The notes beneath the pieces were generated by a model. That model ran no database searches. It was given only the letters and a program-made list of their open reading frames with translations, and had not been told where the DNA came from. The position numbers and the translations under genes are program-made. A DNA stretch of 47,802 bases, taken from IMG/VR virus record IMGVR_UViG_2541047899_000009. One strand, written 5' to 3'. How positions within the stretch are numbered: position 1 is the stretch's first letter; each line of letters starts with the position of its first letter. Positions 7,874 to 18,638 of this stretch are shown here, one piece after another. Origin of the DNA: a virus. Its lineage: Duplodnaviria; Heunggongvirae; Uroviricota; Caudoviricetes.

Positions 7874-10800
7874 TCAGCTGATACTGATGCCTGCGGTGGC
7901 TTTCTTCATCACCACAACCAGCAAATCGCTGATACTTGCTGTGGGATACCAGTCATTTACCAGCCATGCTGACACCGAAAACTCCAGCGTCATGTGACCG
8001 TGACCGGCAGGCATATCAATAACGCCACTGTAAATCAGCGTATTATCCAGCGCGGTACGGTTATAAATTTCAGCACCGTTTTTCCGCACTATCAGACGGC
8101 ATGAGGAGTAAATATCAGTATGCTCTCTCTCATGTTTAGCGCCGCTGAATGCCACCGCCGGAATAACAATCTGCCGGTCAAACGGCTGATCGTCATAAAC
8201 CCTGACGGTAATGGTCCCTGATGGCCACCGCTCCGGTGCACGGGAGTCCCGGGGGAAAGCTTTGCCCACTGTTTTAACGAGATCGCCTTCAATCTGGTTC
8301 GCGGACAGTTTTCCCAGAACCCGACAGTTCTCGTTAATCGTGACGTTGTTGAGCGTCCCGGAGTTCGCATTCACGTTACCGCTGATATCGGCATTTTTCG
8401 CCGTCAGCCGCCCATCCGGTGTCAGGGAAAATGCCGGAGGATTACCGCCGCTGGTAATGGTGGGGGCCGTCAGGCGTTTCAGGAACACGTCGTTCATGAA
8501 TATCTGGTTGCCCTGCGCCACAAACATCGGCGTTTCATTCCCGTTTGCCGGGTCAATAAACGCGATACGATTGGCGGCAACCAGAAACTGACTCAGTTTG
8601 CCTTCCTCTGTATCCTCCATACTGAGGCCAATACCCGCGACATAATGTTTGCCGTCTTTGGTCTGCTCAATTTTGACGCCCCACATGGCATTCCACTTAT
8701 CACTGGCGTCCTTCCACTCTTTCGAAAACTCCTCCAGTCTGCTGGCGTTATCCTCCGTCAGCTCGACTTTTTCCAGCAGCTCCTTGCCGAGATGGGATTC
8801 GGTTATCTGGCCTTTGAAAAAATCCAGGTAACCTTCCGCATCATCGCTCGCCCGACCAACAGCCTCCACGAATGCCGATTTGCCGACGGTGTTCACACTG
8901 CGGATATAAAAGTAATAATCACGACCCGGTTTGATATTGATACTGGCGGCTATCCAGTACAGCCCCGTGCCAAGGTAGCGGGCTGTGGTTTCAACCTGCC
9001 TGATATCCGCAATCCGTTTTTCCGAGAACCAGAACTCAAACTGTACCGTCGGGTCATAAACCGCAAGATGTGGCGTGGCGGTTATCTGAAAATAGCCCGG
9101 TGTCAGCTCAATCCGAGACGGCGCTGCCGGTGCGGCAATCCGGAACGATACCGATGCCGGATCGCCCTGCAGCCCCCACGCATTTACCGCCCGGACCGTC
9201 AGCATGTAACGCCCCAGCGCCAGTTGCGTGAAGCGGTATGTGGTTTCCGTCGTCCGGGCCGTGCTGACCAGCCGCTCACTGCCGTCATCCGCTGCCACGG
9301 TCAGGCGAAGCAGGAAGCTCACGCCCTTCACCACCTTCGGCGTGTCCCAGCGGGCCAGCACCTGATATTCCCCGCTGTCTGCGGTGACTTCGGCAGTCAG
9401 GTGCTGCACCGCTGGCGGCGTGACACCATTCACCGTGCCGCTCTGGTCGCCGTCAAAGTGCGCCCCGTTATCCACGATGGCCTCTTTCTCCGGTACATGC
9501 TGCACGGCAGTGATGGCATACGTGCCGTCGTCGTTCTCACGGATACTCACGCAGCGGAACAGGCGCTGGCGCAGCGTCGGCAACTTCAGCCCCCACACGC
9601 TGTATTCAGCAACGCCGTCAGGAACACGGCTCACTTTCACCTTCACGCCGTCGGTGACGGACTGGACCTCCACGCTGACCGGATTACCCTGCCCGTCAAC
9701 CAGGCTTATCAGCGTGGTGCCGGAGGATGGCAGCGTGATTTCACGGTCGAGCGTCAGCGTCCGGGTCTGGCTTTTCACCGCCAGCACGCGACCACCGATG
9801 CTGATACCGGCATAGTCATCATCGCAGATTTCAATAACATCGCCCGGCACATGGCGAAGCCCTTCTGCGCCCACGCTGAAATCCACGGTCTGCGTTTCCA
9901 GCAGTTCCGTTTTAATCAGCCACAGCCCGGCTCGGTGTGCCTGCCCCCGACTGGTACAACCAAAGGCATCCATCTTCGTGACATTACGACCGTAACGGGC
10001 AATGGCCTGCGTATCTTCAACAAGCTCTGTCGCCGTCTCCCAGCCGTTATCCGGGTCAATCCAGTTCACCTCAACGGCATTATGGCGGTCCTTCAGGGCG
10101 CTGAAGCTGTAGCGGAACGGCGCGCCATCATCCGGCATCACCACATTACTGCGGTTATAGGTCCACACCTTATCCGACGGTCGGTCCTGCACGAACGTCA
10201 GCGTCTGCCCGTTCCATACCGGCATACAGCGCATCGCCGAGCAGAAATCACTGAGCACATCCCACGCCTTGCGCTGTGTGGTCAGGTAAGCGTTACAGGT
10301 GATGCGCGGCTCCGTGCCGCCAAAGCCGTCCGGCACCGACTGGTCGCAATTCTGGCCGATGACATACAGCGCCCATTTATCCACATCCGCCGCACCAAGA
10401 CGTTTCCCCATGCCGTAGCGCGGATGGGTCAGCATATCCCACAGACACCAGGCCATGTTGTTGCTGTATGCCGGTTTTAACGTTCCGTCCCAGATACCGC
10501 TGTATTGCCGCGTCTGCGGGTTATAGTTCGACGGCACCTGCAGAATGCGCCCGCGAAGATGATAATTACGGCTCACCTGCTGGCTGCCGAACTGCTCCGA
10601 GTCCACCTGCACGCCAACCAGTGCCGTGTTCGGGTAGCACTGTTTCACATCGATGATTTCGGTGTATGACGACCAGAGCGTTTTGTTCTGCAGTTGGTCT
10701 GTGGTGCTGTCCGGCGTCATCCTGCGCATCCGGATATTGAACGGGCGCGGCGGCAGGTTACCCACCACCACCGAGGCCAGATACTGTGAGGTGGTTTTGC

Positions 10801-11269
10801 CTTTAATGGTGATGTCTTTTTCCGTCACCCAGCCACCGTTACGTTGTATCTGAACCAGCAGGCGGACTTCCGACGGATTCCTGTCCCCCTTTGAGGTGGT
10901 TTCCACCAGTGCCTGCACGCCGAAGGTAAAACGCAGTCGGTCAATGTTTGCCGACGTGATGGTCCGGGTGATCGGCGTGTCGTATTTCACTTCCGTACCC
11001 AGCACCGTCTCGGAGCCGGAGGATTCAAATCCCTCCGGCGGTGTTTGCTCCTGCTCACCGGCCCGGAACACCACCGTGACGCCGGAGATGTTGGTATTCC
11101 CCTCAATGTCCAGCACTGGCGTACTGTTCAGCAGCACGCTTTTTAATCCATCTACCGGACCTTCAACCGGCCCTTCGCTGATGGCATCGATCACACTCAG
11201 CAACTGCGTGGACTTCAGGTTGTCCTTCGCTTCGCGCGGAGTATGCCCCTTACTGCTGCCTTTACCCAT
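7874..11269 (-). CDS. J: tail tip host-specificity protein J
   Basis: N-terminus [34 protein letters not shown] matches recalled lambda J nearly residue for residue and length is about 1131 aa. The track ORF extends to 11314 but homology supports the internal Met. Confidence 0.95.
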   Translation of the reverse strand: MGKGSSKGHTPREAKDNLKSTQLLSVIDAISEGPVEGPVDGLKSVLLNSTPVLDIEGNTNISGVTVVFRAGEQEQTPPEGFESSGSETVLGTEVKYDTPITRTITSANIDRLRFTFGVQALVETTSKGDRNPSEVRLLVQIQRNGGWVTEKDITIKGKTTSQYLASVVVGNLPPRPFNIRMRRMTPDSTTDQLQNKTLWSSYTEIIDVKQCYPNTALVGVQVDSEQFGSQQVSRNYHLRGRILQVPSNYNPQTRQYSGIWDGTLKPAYSNNMAWCLWDMLTHPRYGMGKRLGAADVDKWALYVIGQNCDQSVPDGFGGTEPRITCNAYLTTQRKAWDVLSDFCSAMRCMPVWNGQTLTFVQDRPSDKVWTYNRSNVVMPDDGAPFRYSFSALKDRHNAVEVNWIDPDNGWETATELVEDTQAIARYGRNVTKMDAFGCTSRGQAHRAGLWLIKTELLETQTVDFSVGAEGLRHVPGDVIEICDDDYAGISIGGRVLAVKSQTRTLTLDREITLPSSGTTLISLVDGQGNPVSVEVQSVTDGVKVKVSRVPDGVAEYSVWGLKLPTLRQRLFRCVSIRENDDGTYAITAVQHVPEKEAIVDNGAHFDGDQSGTVNGVTPPAVQHLTAEVTADSGEYQVLARWDTPKVVKGVSFLLRLTVAADDGSERLVSTARTTETTYRFTQLALGRYMLTVRAVNAWGLQGDPASVSFRIAAPAAPSRIELTPGYFQITATPHLAVYDPTVQFEFWFSEKRIADIRQVETTARYLGTGLYWIAASINIKPGRDYYFYIRSVNTVGKSAFVEAVGRASDDAEGYLDFFKGQITESHLGKELLEKVELTEDNASRLEEFSKEWKDASDKWNAMWGVKIEQTKDGKHYVAGIGLSMEDTEEGKLSQFLVAANRIAFIDPANGNETPMFVAQGNQIFMNDVFLKRLTAPTITSGGNPPAFSLTPDGRLTAKNADISGNVNANSGTLNNVTINENCRVLGKLSANQIEGDLVKTVGKAFPRDSRAPERWPSGTITVRVYDDQPFDRQIVIPAVAFSGAKHEREHTDIYSSCRLIVRKNGAEIYNRTALDNTLIYSGVIDMPAGHGHMTLEFSVSAWLVNDWYPTASISDLLVVVMKKATAGISIS

Positions 11270-11329
11270 TCCTAACGCTCCATAAACGACAAAACCGCCC
11301 GGAGGCGGTTTCACATAAAACGTTTTTCA

Positions 11330-11977
11330 TCAGCGACCAATCACCACAACCTGACCACCATCCCCTTCGTCTGCCGTGCTGATCTCCTGAGAGACCACCC
11401 GCGACCCCACGCGCATTTCACCGTACAGAACGGGCAGAACATTGCCCTGGGCAACCATGTTATCCAGTGAGGAGAAATAGGTGTTCTGTTTGCCGTTATC
11501 TGTACTTGCTGCCGTGGGCGTCCTGGCTTTCGGTGCCAGCATCTGCGCCACTCCGCCCAGGATCATACTGGCCCCTGCCGCATACATACCCGATACAGCC
11601 GCGGCTCCCAGCCAGCCCACAGGGTTCCACCATGCCACCGCAATCAGCGCCGCCCCCAGCACCACCTGAAACACACCGCCACTTTTAGCTCCCGCCAGAC
11701 GCGGCACGATGTGGATCACGGCACCATTTGCCAGCGGCTCATTAAGACGGGCAGACAATTCGGTTTCACCGGCATCACGCCCGGCAATGCGTACCTGGTA
11801 CCAGCCGTCGCTCAGTTTCTGACGAAACGCCGGGATCTGCATGGCCAGCGCCCGGATGGCTTCGGACCCCGTTTTCACTCGAAGGTCGATGCGGCGGCCA
11901 AATCGTTGTAAATCCCCGTAAAGGCAGATGCGTGCCATGCCCGGTGACGCCAGAGGGAGTGTGTGCGTCGCTGCCAT
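11330..11977 (-). CDS. I: tail tip assembly protein I
   Basis: 215 aa; MAATHTLPLASPGMARICLYGDLQRFGRRIDLRVKTG... and C-terminus NGKQNTYFSSLDNMVAQGNVLPVLYGEMRVGSRVVSQEISTADEGDGGQVVVIGR match recalled lambda I; overlaps K by about 103 nt as in lambda. Confidence 0.95.
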   Translation of the reverse strand: MAATHTLPLASPGMARICLYGDLQRFGRRIDLRVKTGSEAIRALAMQIPAFRQKLSDGWYQVRIAGRDAGETELSARLNEPLANGAVIHIVPRLAGAKSGGVFQVVLGAALIAVAWWNPVGWLGAAAVSGMYAAGASMILGGVAQMLAPKARTPTAASTDNGKQNTYFSSLDNMVAQGNVLPVLYGEMRVGSRVVSQEISTADEGDGGQVVVIGR

Positions 11978-12618
11978 TTGTCGGTGTACCTCTCTCGTTT
12001 GCTCAGTTGTTCAGGAATATGGTGCAGCAGCTCGCTGTCGCCGCAGTAAATGGCGGCATGATTCGGCACCGATGAACCAAAACAGCACAGCAGCACATCG
12101 CCCGGCTGCGCCGCTGACAACGGCACCTGATACAGCCCTGTGGCCTCCAGATTATCCAGATAGAGATTCTGACCGTTACGCCACCAGTCATCCTCGCGAT
12201 GAAAATCCGGCATCTCAATCCCCGCCAGATGGTAAGCATCCCGGAACAGCGTGTAACAGTCCGTCACCCCGTGCTCAAAGCGCCGCCCGGAAAGATGTGG
12301 CACACAGCGGAACTTGTGAATCGCTCCCCGGCAAACCAGCCACCACGGCAAATCACTCTGCACCTGCAGCCGCCGGTCGGTCTCACTCAGCCAGGGCATA
12401 CCACCGGGGTGGCTGTGGACCAGCGCCACAATCTCACCCTGCATCTCTGCCCGCAGCCAGTCCTCCGGCGACATCCGGAAATACTCCTCCGGCTCACCGG
12501 AGATATTCACGCAGGGAAAATATCTTTCCCCCTCCGGTGTTCTCACCACGAAGCCGCACGACTCCGCTGGCGCACATCGCCGGGCGTGCGCCAGAATCGC
12601 TGATTCTGTCTCTGTCAT
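11875..12618 (-). CDS. K: tail tip assembly protein K (MPN/JAMM + NlpC/P60-like)
   Basis: JAMM motif HSHPGGMPWLSETD (HxHx7Sx2D). ATG at 12618 lies 5 nt after the L stop; the lambda-annotated start would correspond to the internal Met near 12474. Confidence 0.85.
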   Translation of the reverse strand: MTETESAILAHARRCAPAESCGFVVRTPEGERYFPCVNISGEPEEYFRMSPEDWLRAEMQGEIVALVHSHPGGMPWLSETDRRLQVQSDLPWWLVCRGAIHKFRCVPHLSGRRFEHGVTDCYTLFRDAYHLAGIEMPDFHREDDWWRNGQNLYLDNLEATGLYQVPLSAAQPGDVLLCCFGSSVPNHAAIYCGDSELLHHIPEQLSKRERYTDKWQRRTHSLWRHRAWHASAFTGIYNDLAAASTFE

Positions 12619-12623
12619 GGGAT

Positions 12624-13322
12624 TCACTGCGAAAGTTTGTTAATGGAAAGGAAGCCGCCAAAGTTGCCGACGTTATTGCGAAACTTACAGCCACTCAGGC
12701 ATTTGCTGCATTTATCCTTCGTGATATCGGACGTCGGCTGGTCATATTCATCCGCGACCGCCGGACCGTGATAACCGCACTCATCACCGCGATAGGTCCA
12801 GGTGCAGGTATTAGCCAGCATGATGCGCCCCGGAAAAACAGCACCGTCCGTTTCCGTCGGCGTGGACAGTACAAAAGAGGCACTGACCGCGCTCAGTTCG
12901 CTGCACTGCTCGATGCGCCAGCGGCTGATCACCTCCTGCTCCGGATCGGCGTCACTGTTTCCGTTGACGAAGTTCACCGCATCCAGAAAACGGGCGTAAA
13001 CCTTACGCCTGACCACCGTTCCGCCGACCAGACTCTGCAGGTCTTCCGCCATCCCGGTGACCATTCCGTGCAGGTTAGAAACCGTCAGTGTCGGACGGGC
13101 AGCACTGCCCTTGCCGTTCAGTTCAAATCCCGTCCCCTGAATGGGGTATGCCTGATACTGCCGCCCCTGCCAGGTAACCGGCTCACCTTTTTCGTTCTGC
13201 TCATTACAGAAAAAATAACGTTCACCACCGACCTCTGTCAGATCGATTTCCCAGAGCACCACCTGGGCTGACTGAGTGAGGCGTGTCGTCTCATGATGTG
13301 TTTCCTGTGGAATATCCTGCAT
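12624..13322 (-). CDS. L: tail tip assembly protein L
   Basis: 232 aa; lambda L-like throughout, including the C-terminal cysteine cluster (CSKCLSGCKFRNNVGNFGGF). Confidence 0.95.
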   Translation of the reverse strand: MQDIPQETHHETTRLTQSAQVVLWEIDLTEVGGERYFFCNEQNEKGEPVTWQGRQYQAYPIQGTGFELNGKGSAARPTLTVSNLHGMVTGMAEDLQSLVGGTVVRRKVYARFLDAVNFVNGNSDADPEQEVISRWRIEQCSELSAVSASFVLSTPTETDGAVFPGRIMLANTCTWTYRGDECGYHGPAVADEYDQPTSDITKDKCSKCLSGCKFRNNVGNFGGFLSINKLSQ

Positions 13323-13331
13323 CAGAGCCTC

Positions 13332-13661
13332 CTATGCCACGACCTGTTCAAAATCTGCCGTTATGGTTACCCACAGCGCCCCCACGCTTGCCGACCATTT
13401 ACGACAAACCACCCTGATCGGTTTCCAGTCATAAGGTGGCGTCCACTGAAATGCACGGACGCCACCGTGCCGTTCCAGAAAGGCTTTTAAAGATGGGTGT
13501 TCACATTTACGAACACGTATCGTCACGCTGTAAGTCGACAACTGGTTATTCAGTCCCGCCGCACGACGCTGTTCATAACCATCGCCCAGCTTCACTGTCA
13601 CCACTTTCGGCTCTGATACCACATTCATATCCGGGCGCACTTTCCAGTGAAACGTCTCCAT
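13332..13661 (-). CDS. M: tail tip protein M
   Basis: 109 aa, lambda M-like (METFHWKVRPDMNVVSEPKVVTV...), sitting between H and L. Confidence 0.9.
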   Translation of the reverse strand: METFHWKVRPDMNVVSEPKVVTVKLGDGYEQRRAAGLNNQLSTYSVTIRVRKCEHPSLKAFLERHGGVRAFQWTPPYDWKPIRVVCRKWSASVGALWVTITADFEQVVA

Positions 13662-16600
13662 TACCGATATGCTCCACTTAACCGACCACCATCACGGGCC
13701 TGCTGTTGCATAAAGTCCGCTGCCGCTTTTTTCCCGAGGTCATAAACCGCCTTCAGGGCAGCCGGACCTATCTGCCCGTTCGTGCCATCGTTATTGATCT
13801 CGATGTTGTACTGCGGGGAAAACATCGCCATACCTGAACCCCCAATATCCGCCACAACCCCCAGCTTACCGTCAGCACCACGACGCAATGGCAGAATGGC
13901 TTCAGGTCCCGCTTCCCCCATCACACCCGCGCCTTTTGCAAAAGCAAAAAACGTCGGACGGTTAACCACCGTGCCACTGTAACGACTCAAATCAGCAGAC
14001 TGATAAATCCCCCCATTGGCATTCAGGGAAAGGCTGCTGAGATCAAATCCCAGTACACTGCCAATCCCTTTTATCGATTTCATCATGGTTGCCTGCGCCA
14101 GGATTTTCGCCATATCTGACAGCACAGAAGAGGTGAAGGATTTGAAATTGAGTTTGCCGGTAGTGACAAAAGTTGCCAGGCCATTTCCCATGTTGCTGAA
14201 GGCTGACGAGAACACCTGTTCTGCTGTTTCTGCCGTATTATCTGCATCCACGGTAAAATCCTGAAATGCACGCAGGACTCCGTTTTTCCAGTTACCCTGC
14301 ACAACTTCAAGCTGTTGCCAGTAACGGCGATTCTCATTCAGTTGTCGGTTCAGGCTCTCCGTCAGCGCCTGCTCGGCCTTTCTGTAGTCATCCGTGTTAT
14401 ATGTCCCTTTCTGCTCACTATCCCGCCTCAACTGCTCCAGCTGTTGCTGGTATTTCTGGCGAAGACTCAGTTGTACCTGATATCGCTGTCGCTGCTGATC
14501 ACCCATACCCACCGTGGCGATATCCAGGTCATGTTGCTGACGCTGAGCGCGCTCTTCTTCAGCCAGTTGACTGGTCAGCTGAATTGTTTTTTTCTTCAGC
14601 TCGTTGAGTGCCGTCTGTTTCTGAAGCTCCTGCTGTTTTACATCCAGCAGCGTCAGTGCCTGAATCAGTTCATCTTTACGGGCCAGCACACTCTTTTCAT
14701 CTGCCGTCAGTTTTTTCCCGTCCAGGTCGCTGATGCGCTGCTGCAGAGCCAGGAGCTGTTTATGCGCTTCTGTCATCCTTTCCGTGGCAATGCCTGCTGA
14801 CTGTCTGGCAGCAGCAATCTGTCCTTCCACCTGTGCCTGTTGCTGACTGTACTGCAGCAATAACCGGGTGGCCTCATCATTACGGGTTTCGCGTGTTTTT
14901 TTCTTACCGGATGCCAGGGCTTTCTCGTAACGTTCATTTTCACGTTGTATCGCCGCATCCCTGACAGCCTGATCGGCGTACTGCATGGCATTAATACGCG
15001 CAATTTCACGCTGATGTCGTGCAGCTTCCGTTTCATTCATCCGGTTCAGTGCAGCATTTTCAGCATTACGGCGTTTCTGTTGCTCCTGATAATTCCGCTC
15101 TGCCTGCTCTTTTGCATCCTGCAAATCCTTCTGGCGTTTTTTCTCCTGAAGATCGTTAAGACGCTGCTGATCGTATTCAACCTGAGAAGATGATGCCGTC
15201 CAGGGGAGTCTTTTCGCCCGCGACACTTTCTCCTGCAAAGTGGCAATCTGCGCATCCAGCGAATCTTCACGACCAATATTCATGGCCGCATCCCAGAACT
15301 GCTTCCACCAGTCAGACAAAGTTTGCAGCGTACTGCCCAGCGCATTGAGGTTATTATCAATATCCGCAGTACGCCGACCGGTTTCCTCTGCCAGTGCAGA
15401 CATGGCTATCCGTGCCGCATCACTGGACCGCCCCTGCTCTCCAAGGACGCGTATCTGCTCAAGCTGAGTGGCAGTAAGAAAATGCAGCTCATTGTCCAGA
15501 GACTTCGCGGCATTTACAGGATCATCCTTCAGCCGCTTAAACTGATTTATGGTATCGCTGACCGACTGGCCAACCGATCGCTCCATCTGTGCGGCAGCTC
15601 TCGCCACCATACCGATATCGTTTCCACGAAATGCACCACTCCCCACCACCTGAGCCAGCGCACCGGCTGCAGCATGTTGCGTGATACCATTCCCGGAAAT
15701 AGCACGACTGAGCGTCCACAGCTGCCCGGCAGTGACTCCGGCATAATGCCCCGTCAGCGACAGCTGGCGGTTAAATTCTTCCCCCTCCTTCTGACCGTCA
15801 TACCAGGCTTTACCCAGACCATAGACGGCCGCGGTAATACCGCCAATAACCCCGCCCAGCATCATGCCTTTCGGTGACATCAGTGTGTCTATCCATCCGG
15901 CACGGTTAGCCAGCGTTATCCCGGATCCCCTCAGCGCCCCTAAATTGCCGCGGGCCAGTTCACCTATCAGAACGCCTATCTCCTGGCGGGCCGCTGCACT
16001 TTTCAGACCCAGCGAATGCGTGGCTTTTCCTGCCCGCTCCATTTTGCGGATATACACTTCTGCAGCACTGCTTACCCCCAGCTGGGCAGCCCTGGCACGA
16101 AGCAACTCAGAAGAAGAAAGATTCTGGCGGGTTGCCTGCTCTTTAAGCTGACGGATAAACGCCACTTTCTGTCGGGTAGCCTCTGCCTCAGCCTGCGTAA
16201 GAACACGGGTTTTCGCCGTAACCTCAGAAATCAGCGCCAGATAATCCTGCTGACCAATCCCGCCACTGTTTCTGGCCTGTCGGATCTGCTGCTGAATACG
16301 CTGTAATTCCTGCAGCCCCGCACTGGCCTGTTTCACACTGTCAATCTGACGATAAAACGCAGCAGCCGCTTTATCCTGAGCCTCCGCCAGAGCGATGGCC
16401 TGCGCCTGTTCCTCGCGCATTTTCTGGCTCAGTGCCTCCATGCGCTGGCGGGTTTTCTCCACCTCGCGGGCCATGCGTTCATGAGCCTGTGCGTTCTTCT
16501 CCACCGTCTGCGCATGGACGGATGCGGCTGTTGCAGCCGAAGAAGCTGCCTGCGTTGTCTGCCGGGCGGCCTGAGTCTGACGCTCCATAAAACGCTGCAT

Positions 16601-16726
16601 ACGGGCAGAAGACCGTTCTGCATCGCTGGCTGCACCATTCAGAAGGTTTTTGATACGGGGAATTTCATTTTTAAACTCTGCCGCATCAATCCCCAAATCA
16701 ATGACCAGGTTGGCTATCTGGTCCAT
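13661..16726 (-). CDS. H: tail tape measure protein H
   Basis: About 1021 aa, coiled-coil rich; C-terminus (NIEINNDGTNGQIGPAALKAVYD...RDGG) matches the recalled lambda H C-terminus. Start taken as the ATG at 16726 preceded by GGAGG; the track ORF begins at an upstream alternative codon (16756). Confidence 0.9.
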   Translation of the reverse strand: MDQIANLVIDLGIDAAEFKNEIPRIKNLLNGAASDAERSSARMQRFMERQTQAARQTTQAASSAATAASVHAQTVEKNAQAHERMAREVEKTRQRMEALSQKMREEQAQAIALAEAQDKAAAAFYRQIDSVKQASAGLQELQRIQQQIRQARNSGGIGQQDYLALISEVTAKTRVLTQAEAEATRQKVAFIRQLKEQATRQNLSSSELLRARAAQLGVSSAAEVYIRKMERAGKATHSLGLKSAAARQEIGVLIGELARGNLGALRGSGITLANRAGWIDTLMSPKGMMLGGVIGGITAAVYGLGKAWYDGQKEGEEFNRQLSLTGHYAGVTAGQLWTLSRAISGNGITQHAAAGALAQVVGSGAFRGNDIGMVARAAAQMERSVGQSVSDTINQFKRLKDDPVNAAKSLDNELHFLTATQLEQIRVLGEQGRSSDAARIAMSALAEETGRRTADIDNNLNALGSTLQTLSDWWKQFWDAAMNIGREDSLDAQIATLQEKVSRAKRLPWTASSSQVEYDQQRLNDLQEKKRQKDLQDAKEQAERNYQEQQKRRNAENAALNRMNETEAARHQREIARINAMQYADQAVRDAAIQRENERYEKALASGKKKTRETRNDEATRLLLQYSQQQAQVEGQIAAARQSAGIATERMTEAHKQLLALQQRISDLDGKKLTADEKSVLARKDELIQALTLLDVKQQELQKQTALNELKKKTIQLTSQLAEEERAQRQQHDLDIATVGMGDQQRQRYQVQLSLRQKYQQQLEQLRRDSEQKGTYNTDDYRKAEQALTESLNRQLNENRRYWQQLEVVQGNWKNGVLRAFQDFTVDADNTAETAEQVFSSAFSNMGNGLATFVTTGKLNFKSFTSSVLSDMAKILAQATMMKSIKGIGSVLGFDLSSLSLNANGGIYQSADLSRYSGTVVNRPTFFAFAKGAGVMGEAGPEAILPLRRGADGKLGVVADIGGSGMAMFSPQYNIEINNDGTNGQIGPAALKAVYDLGKKAAADFMQQQARDGGRLSGAYR

Positions 16727-17027
16727 AACGCACACCTCCGGAAATACCTTCCCCAAGATGCATCAGTTCTTCGTCCGTTCGCTCCGGTATCCCGTTCTCT
16801 TCCGGTAAAAGGCTGAAATCAGCCACCGCAGCATCACTGCTGCCGGACACCATTCTCACGATCAATGCCTTCAGCGAGGCAAACTGCGCATCCATCCACA
16901 CATCACTGAAGCTCTGCATCCGGAAATAATCGCCCCACTCACCAAGCTCAGTGGCCGACATTTCCGACAGCATCCGCCGCCAGTCTGCCCGCCGGAACTC
17001 CCGGGCAAGCCGCATGACAAACTGCAT
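16698..17027 (-). CDS. T: T segment of tail assembly chaperone GT (made by -1 programmed frameshift from G)
   Basis: 109-aa ORF in the -1 frame relative to G, beginning just after the G stop; conserved G/GT arrangement upstream of the tape measure gene. Confidence 0.7.
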   Translation of the reverse strand: MQFVMRLAREFRRADWRRMLSEMSATELGEWGDYFRMQSFSDVWMDAQFASLKALIVRMVSGSSDAAVADFSLLPEENGIPERTDEELMHLGEGISGGVRYGPDSQPGH

Positions 17028-17035
17028 TTCCCGCG

Positions 17036-17425
17036 TCAGGACTTTTCCGGCGTCAGCGCCTCATGCTCATCATCCACGGCATTATCAATGGCCCCCATAC
17101 CGCTCAGCGACAGAACCATCTCCGCCCCCGCACCCAGGGCATCATACGACCATGTTGTAATAACGGATGCGCAAAGCGTCTCTACATCCTTAGACTGATC
17201 CGCATTCCACAGTGAGCGGGAAACCAGCCAGGCATTGATATCCATCCCCATCCGCAGAAAAGCAATCTGTCGTTCAGCCTCCGGCAGTTCTCCCTCCACG
17301 GCATCAAACTTTGCCGTTCGCTGCTGAACAAACGTCAGATATTCAATTCTCTGCAGCCCGGACAGCTCACTGAGCACCACGGACTGTTTTTCATAATTAA
17401 ACGTGTCCTGTTTCAGAAACATCAT
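17036..17425 (-). CDS. G: tail assembly chaperone G
   Basis: MFLKQDTFNYEKQSVVLSELSGLQRIEYL resembles recalled lambda G (MFLKTESFEHNGVTVTLSELSALQRIEHL); ATG at 17425 preceded by GGTGGAG. Confidence 0.85.
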   Translation of the reverse strand: MMFLKQDTFNYEKQSVVLSELSGLQRIEYLTFVQQRTAKFDAVEGELPEAERQIAFLRMGMDINAWLVSRSLWNADQSKDVETLCASVITTWSYDALGAGAEMVLSLSGMGAIDNAVDDEHEALTPEKS

Positions 17426-17437
17426 GTTCTCCACCTG

Positions 17438-17462
17438 CAAAAAAGCCCCGCATAACCGGGGC
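17438..17462 (-). terminator. rho-independent terminator downstream of V
   Basis: Hairpin gccccg-cataacc-ggggc followed on the minus strand by ttttttgcagg. Confidence 0.5.
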
Positions 17463-17482
17463 AAATGATGAGTATCGTCCTG

Positions 17483-18226
17483 TTAACCTGCTGCGCTGAC
17501 AGTCACCGCAGTCACAGCCACAAAATTCCCGTCAGCGGTCATGCCCACAATGCTGACACTGCCCTGCTTCACGCCTTTTACCGTGGCCACAAGTCCGTTC
17601 AGGGTAACCGTGGCAGTCTGTGGATCTGACGAATGCACACTGATCGCTTTGTCACTGGCTCCGTCAGGTTTTACTGTAAAGGTCAGCGTGGTGGTTGCTC
17701 CCACTTTTACACTGGCAGACGCCGGTGATACTGTCAGCCCGGTAACGCTCACGGTTTCAGTGCCTTCCTCTGCCAGATACGGACGCCCCACACCGCTGAT
17801 TTTCACAGTGCGGGTCATCACGTCTTTTGAGGCAATGGTTTTACCCAGTGAGCTCAGCCAGCCACGGAAAACATCAACAGTGCCGTTGGGATATTTGATA
17901 CGAAACGCGCAGACTTCACCGGAGTCGAACAACTGAACCAGTTTTTTCTGCCCGCTGTCACCCGGACGCCAGGCCAGCGTCGCCGAAGTATCACCAACGG
18001 ATTTCTGCCCCTGGGTTGTCGTTTTCCAGTCTGCATCTTCATCATCGAGATAAGTGTCATCTTCTGCATCAGCGGTCATTTCGCCAGGTTGCAGATCCTT
18101 CACCATCGCAAGACGCAGCCAGTCAGTGTCCGACAAAGGGTTCGCAAACGCATCGCCGTTGCCGGTATACATCCAGAACGTCGTCCCCGCACCTTTCGTC
18201 TTTGCCAGTGGATTTGGTGTGGTCAT
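17483..18226 (-). CDS. V: major tail protein V (with C-terminal Ig-like domain)
   Basis: N-terminus (KGAGTTFWMYTGNGDAFANPLSDTDW...YLDDEDADW...FPNGTVDVFRGW) matches recalled lambda V; ATG at 18226 preceded by AAGGAGG. Confidence 0.95.
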   Translation of the reverse strand: MTTPNPLAKTKGAGTTFWMYTGNGDAFANPLSDTDWLRLAMVKDLQPGEMTADAEDDTYLDDEDADWKTTTQGQKSVGDTSATLAWRPGDSGQKKLVQLFDSGEVCAFRIKYPNGTVDVFRGWLSSLGKTIASKDVMTRTVKISGVGRPYLAEEGTETVSVTGLTVSPASASVKVGATTTLTFTVKPDGASDKAISVHSSDPQTATVTLNGLVATVKGVKQGSVSIVGMTADGNFVAVTAVTVSAAG

Positions 18227-18236
18227 TACCACCTCC

Positions 18237-18638
18237 TTAATTCGTGTACGTGATCTGGTACGTGATTTCCGCCATCGCCCAGGTGGCCATCTCATTATCA
18301 CGTTGATAGTTAAAACCGAGTGGGTTCAGGGTGTCGATGAGTCCGGAAAGTGCCGGTACATCATTCAGGGCCGGGAAAATGGTGCTCTCCATCCACATAT
18401 CCAGCTCTGAATCCGGTGCCTGTGCCCGGATGAAGACGGCAATATGCAGAACAGCCTGCCAGTCATCTTCATCCGTCATTTTTCCGGTGTACTGAGCATC
18501 ACTCAGCCACACCGCCACGGCAGGCAGTTCCTGCGCATCAATAAATGCCGGAAGCCCGTCAAAAAACGTGGCGCTGTCTCCACACTGTTCCCGAAGGCGT
18601 GCCAGTACGACCTGGCGGATTTGTGTATGTCGGTTCAT
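18237..18638 (-). CDS. U: tail terminator protein U
   Basis: Lambda U-like (ATFFDG, PAVAVWLSDAQYTG, PDSELDMWMES); the ATG overlaps the Z stop (ATGA). Confidence 0.85.
   Translation of the reverse strand: MNRHTQIRQVVLARLREQCGDSATFFDGLPAFIDAQELPAVAVWLSDAQYTGKMTDEDDWQAVLHIAVFIRAQAPDSELDMWMESTIFPALNDVPALSGLIDTLNPLGFNYQRDNEMATWAMAEITYQITYTN

Noticed and set aside
8645-10480. 611-aa plus-strand ORF inside the J region
   Set aside because: It lies antisense to the J gene, whose minus-strand translation matches recalled lambda J along its whole length; the product is Arg/His-rich with no motifs, typical of a shadow ORF in GC-rich coding DNA.
11928-13271. 447-aa plus-strand ORF opposite K and L
   Set aside because: Antisense to two well-supported tail genes; low-complexity Pro/Arg/Ala-rich translation.
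15323-15877. Several 60-190-aa ORFs on both strands within the tape measure gene (for example 14315..14800, 15323..15877)
   Set aside because: All overlap the 1021-aa tape measure reading frame, which is conserved with recalled lambda H at its C-terminus; no independent start signals.
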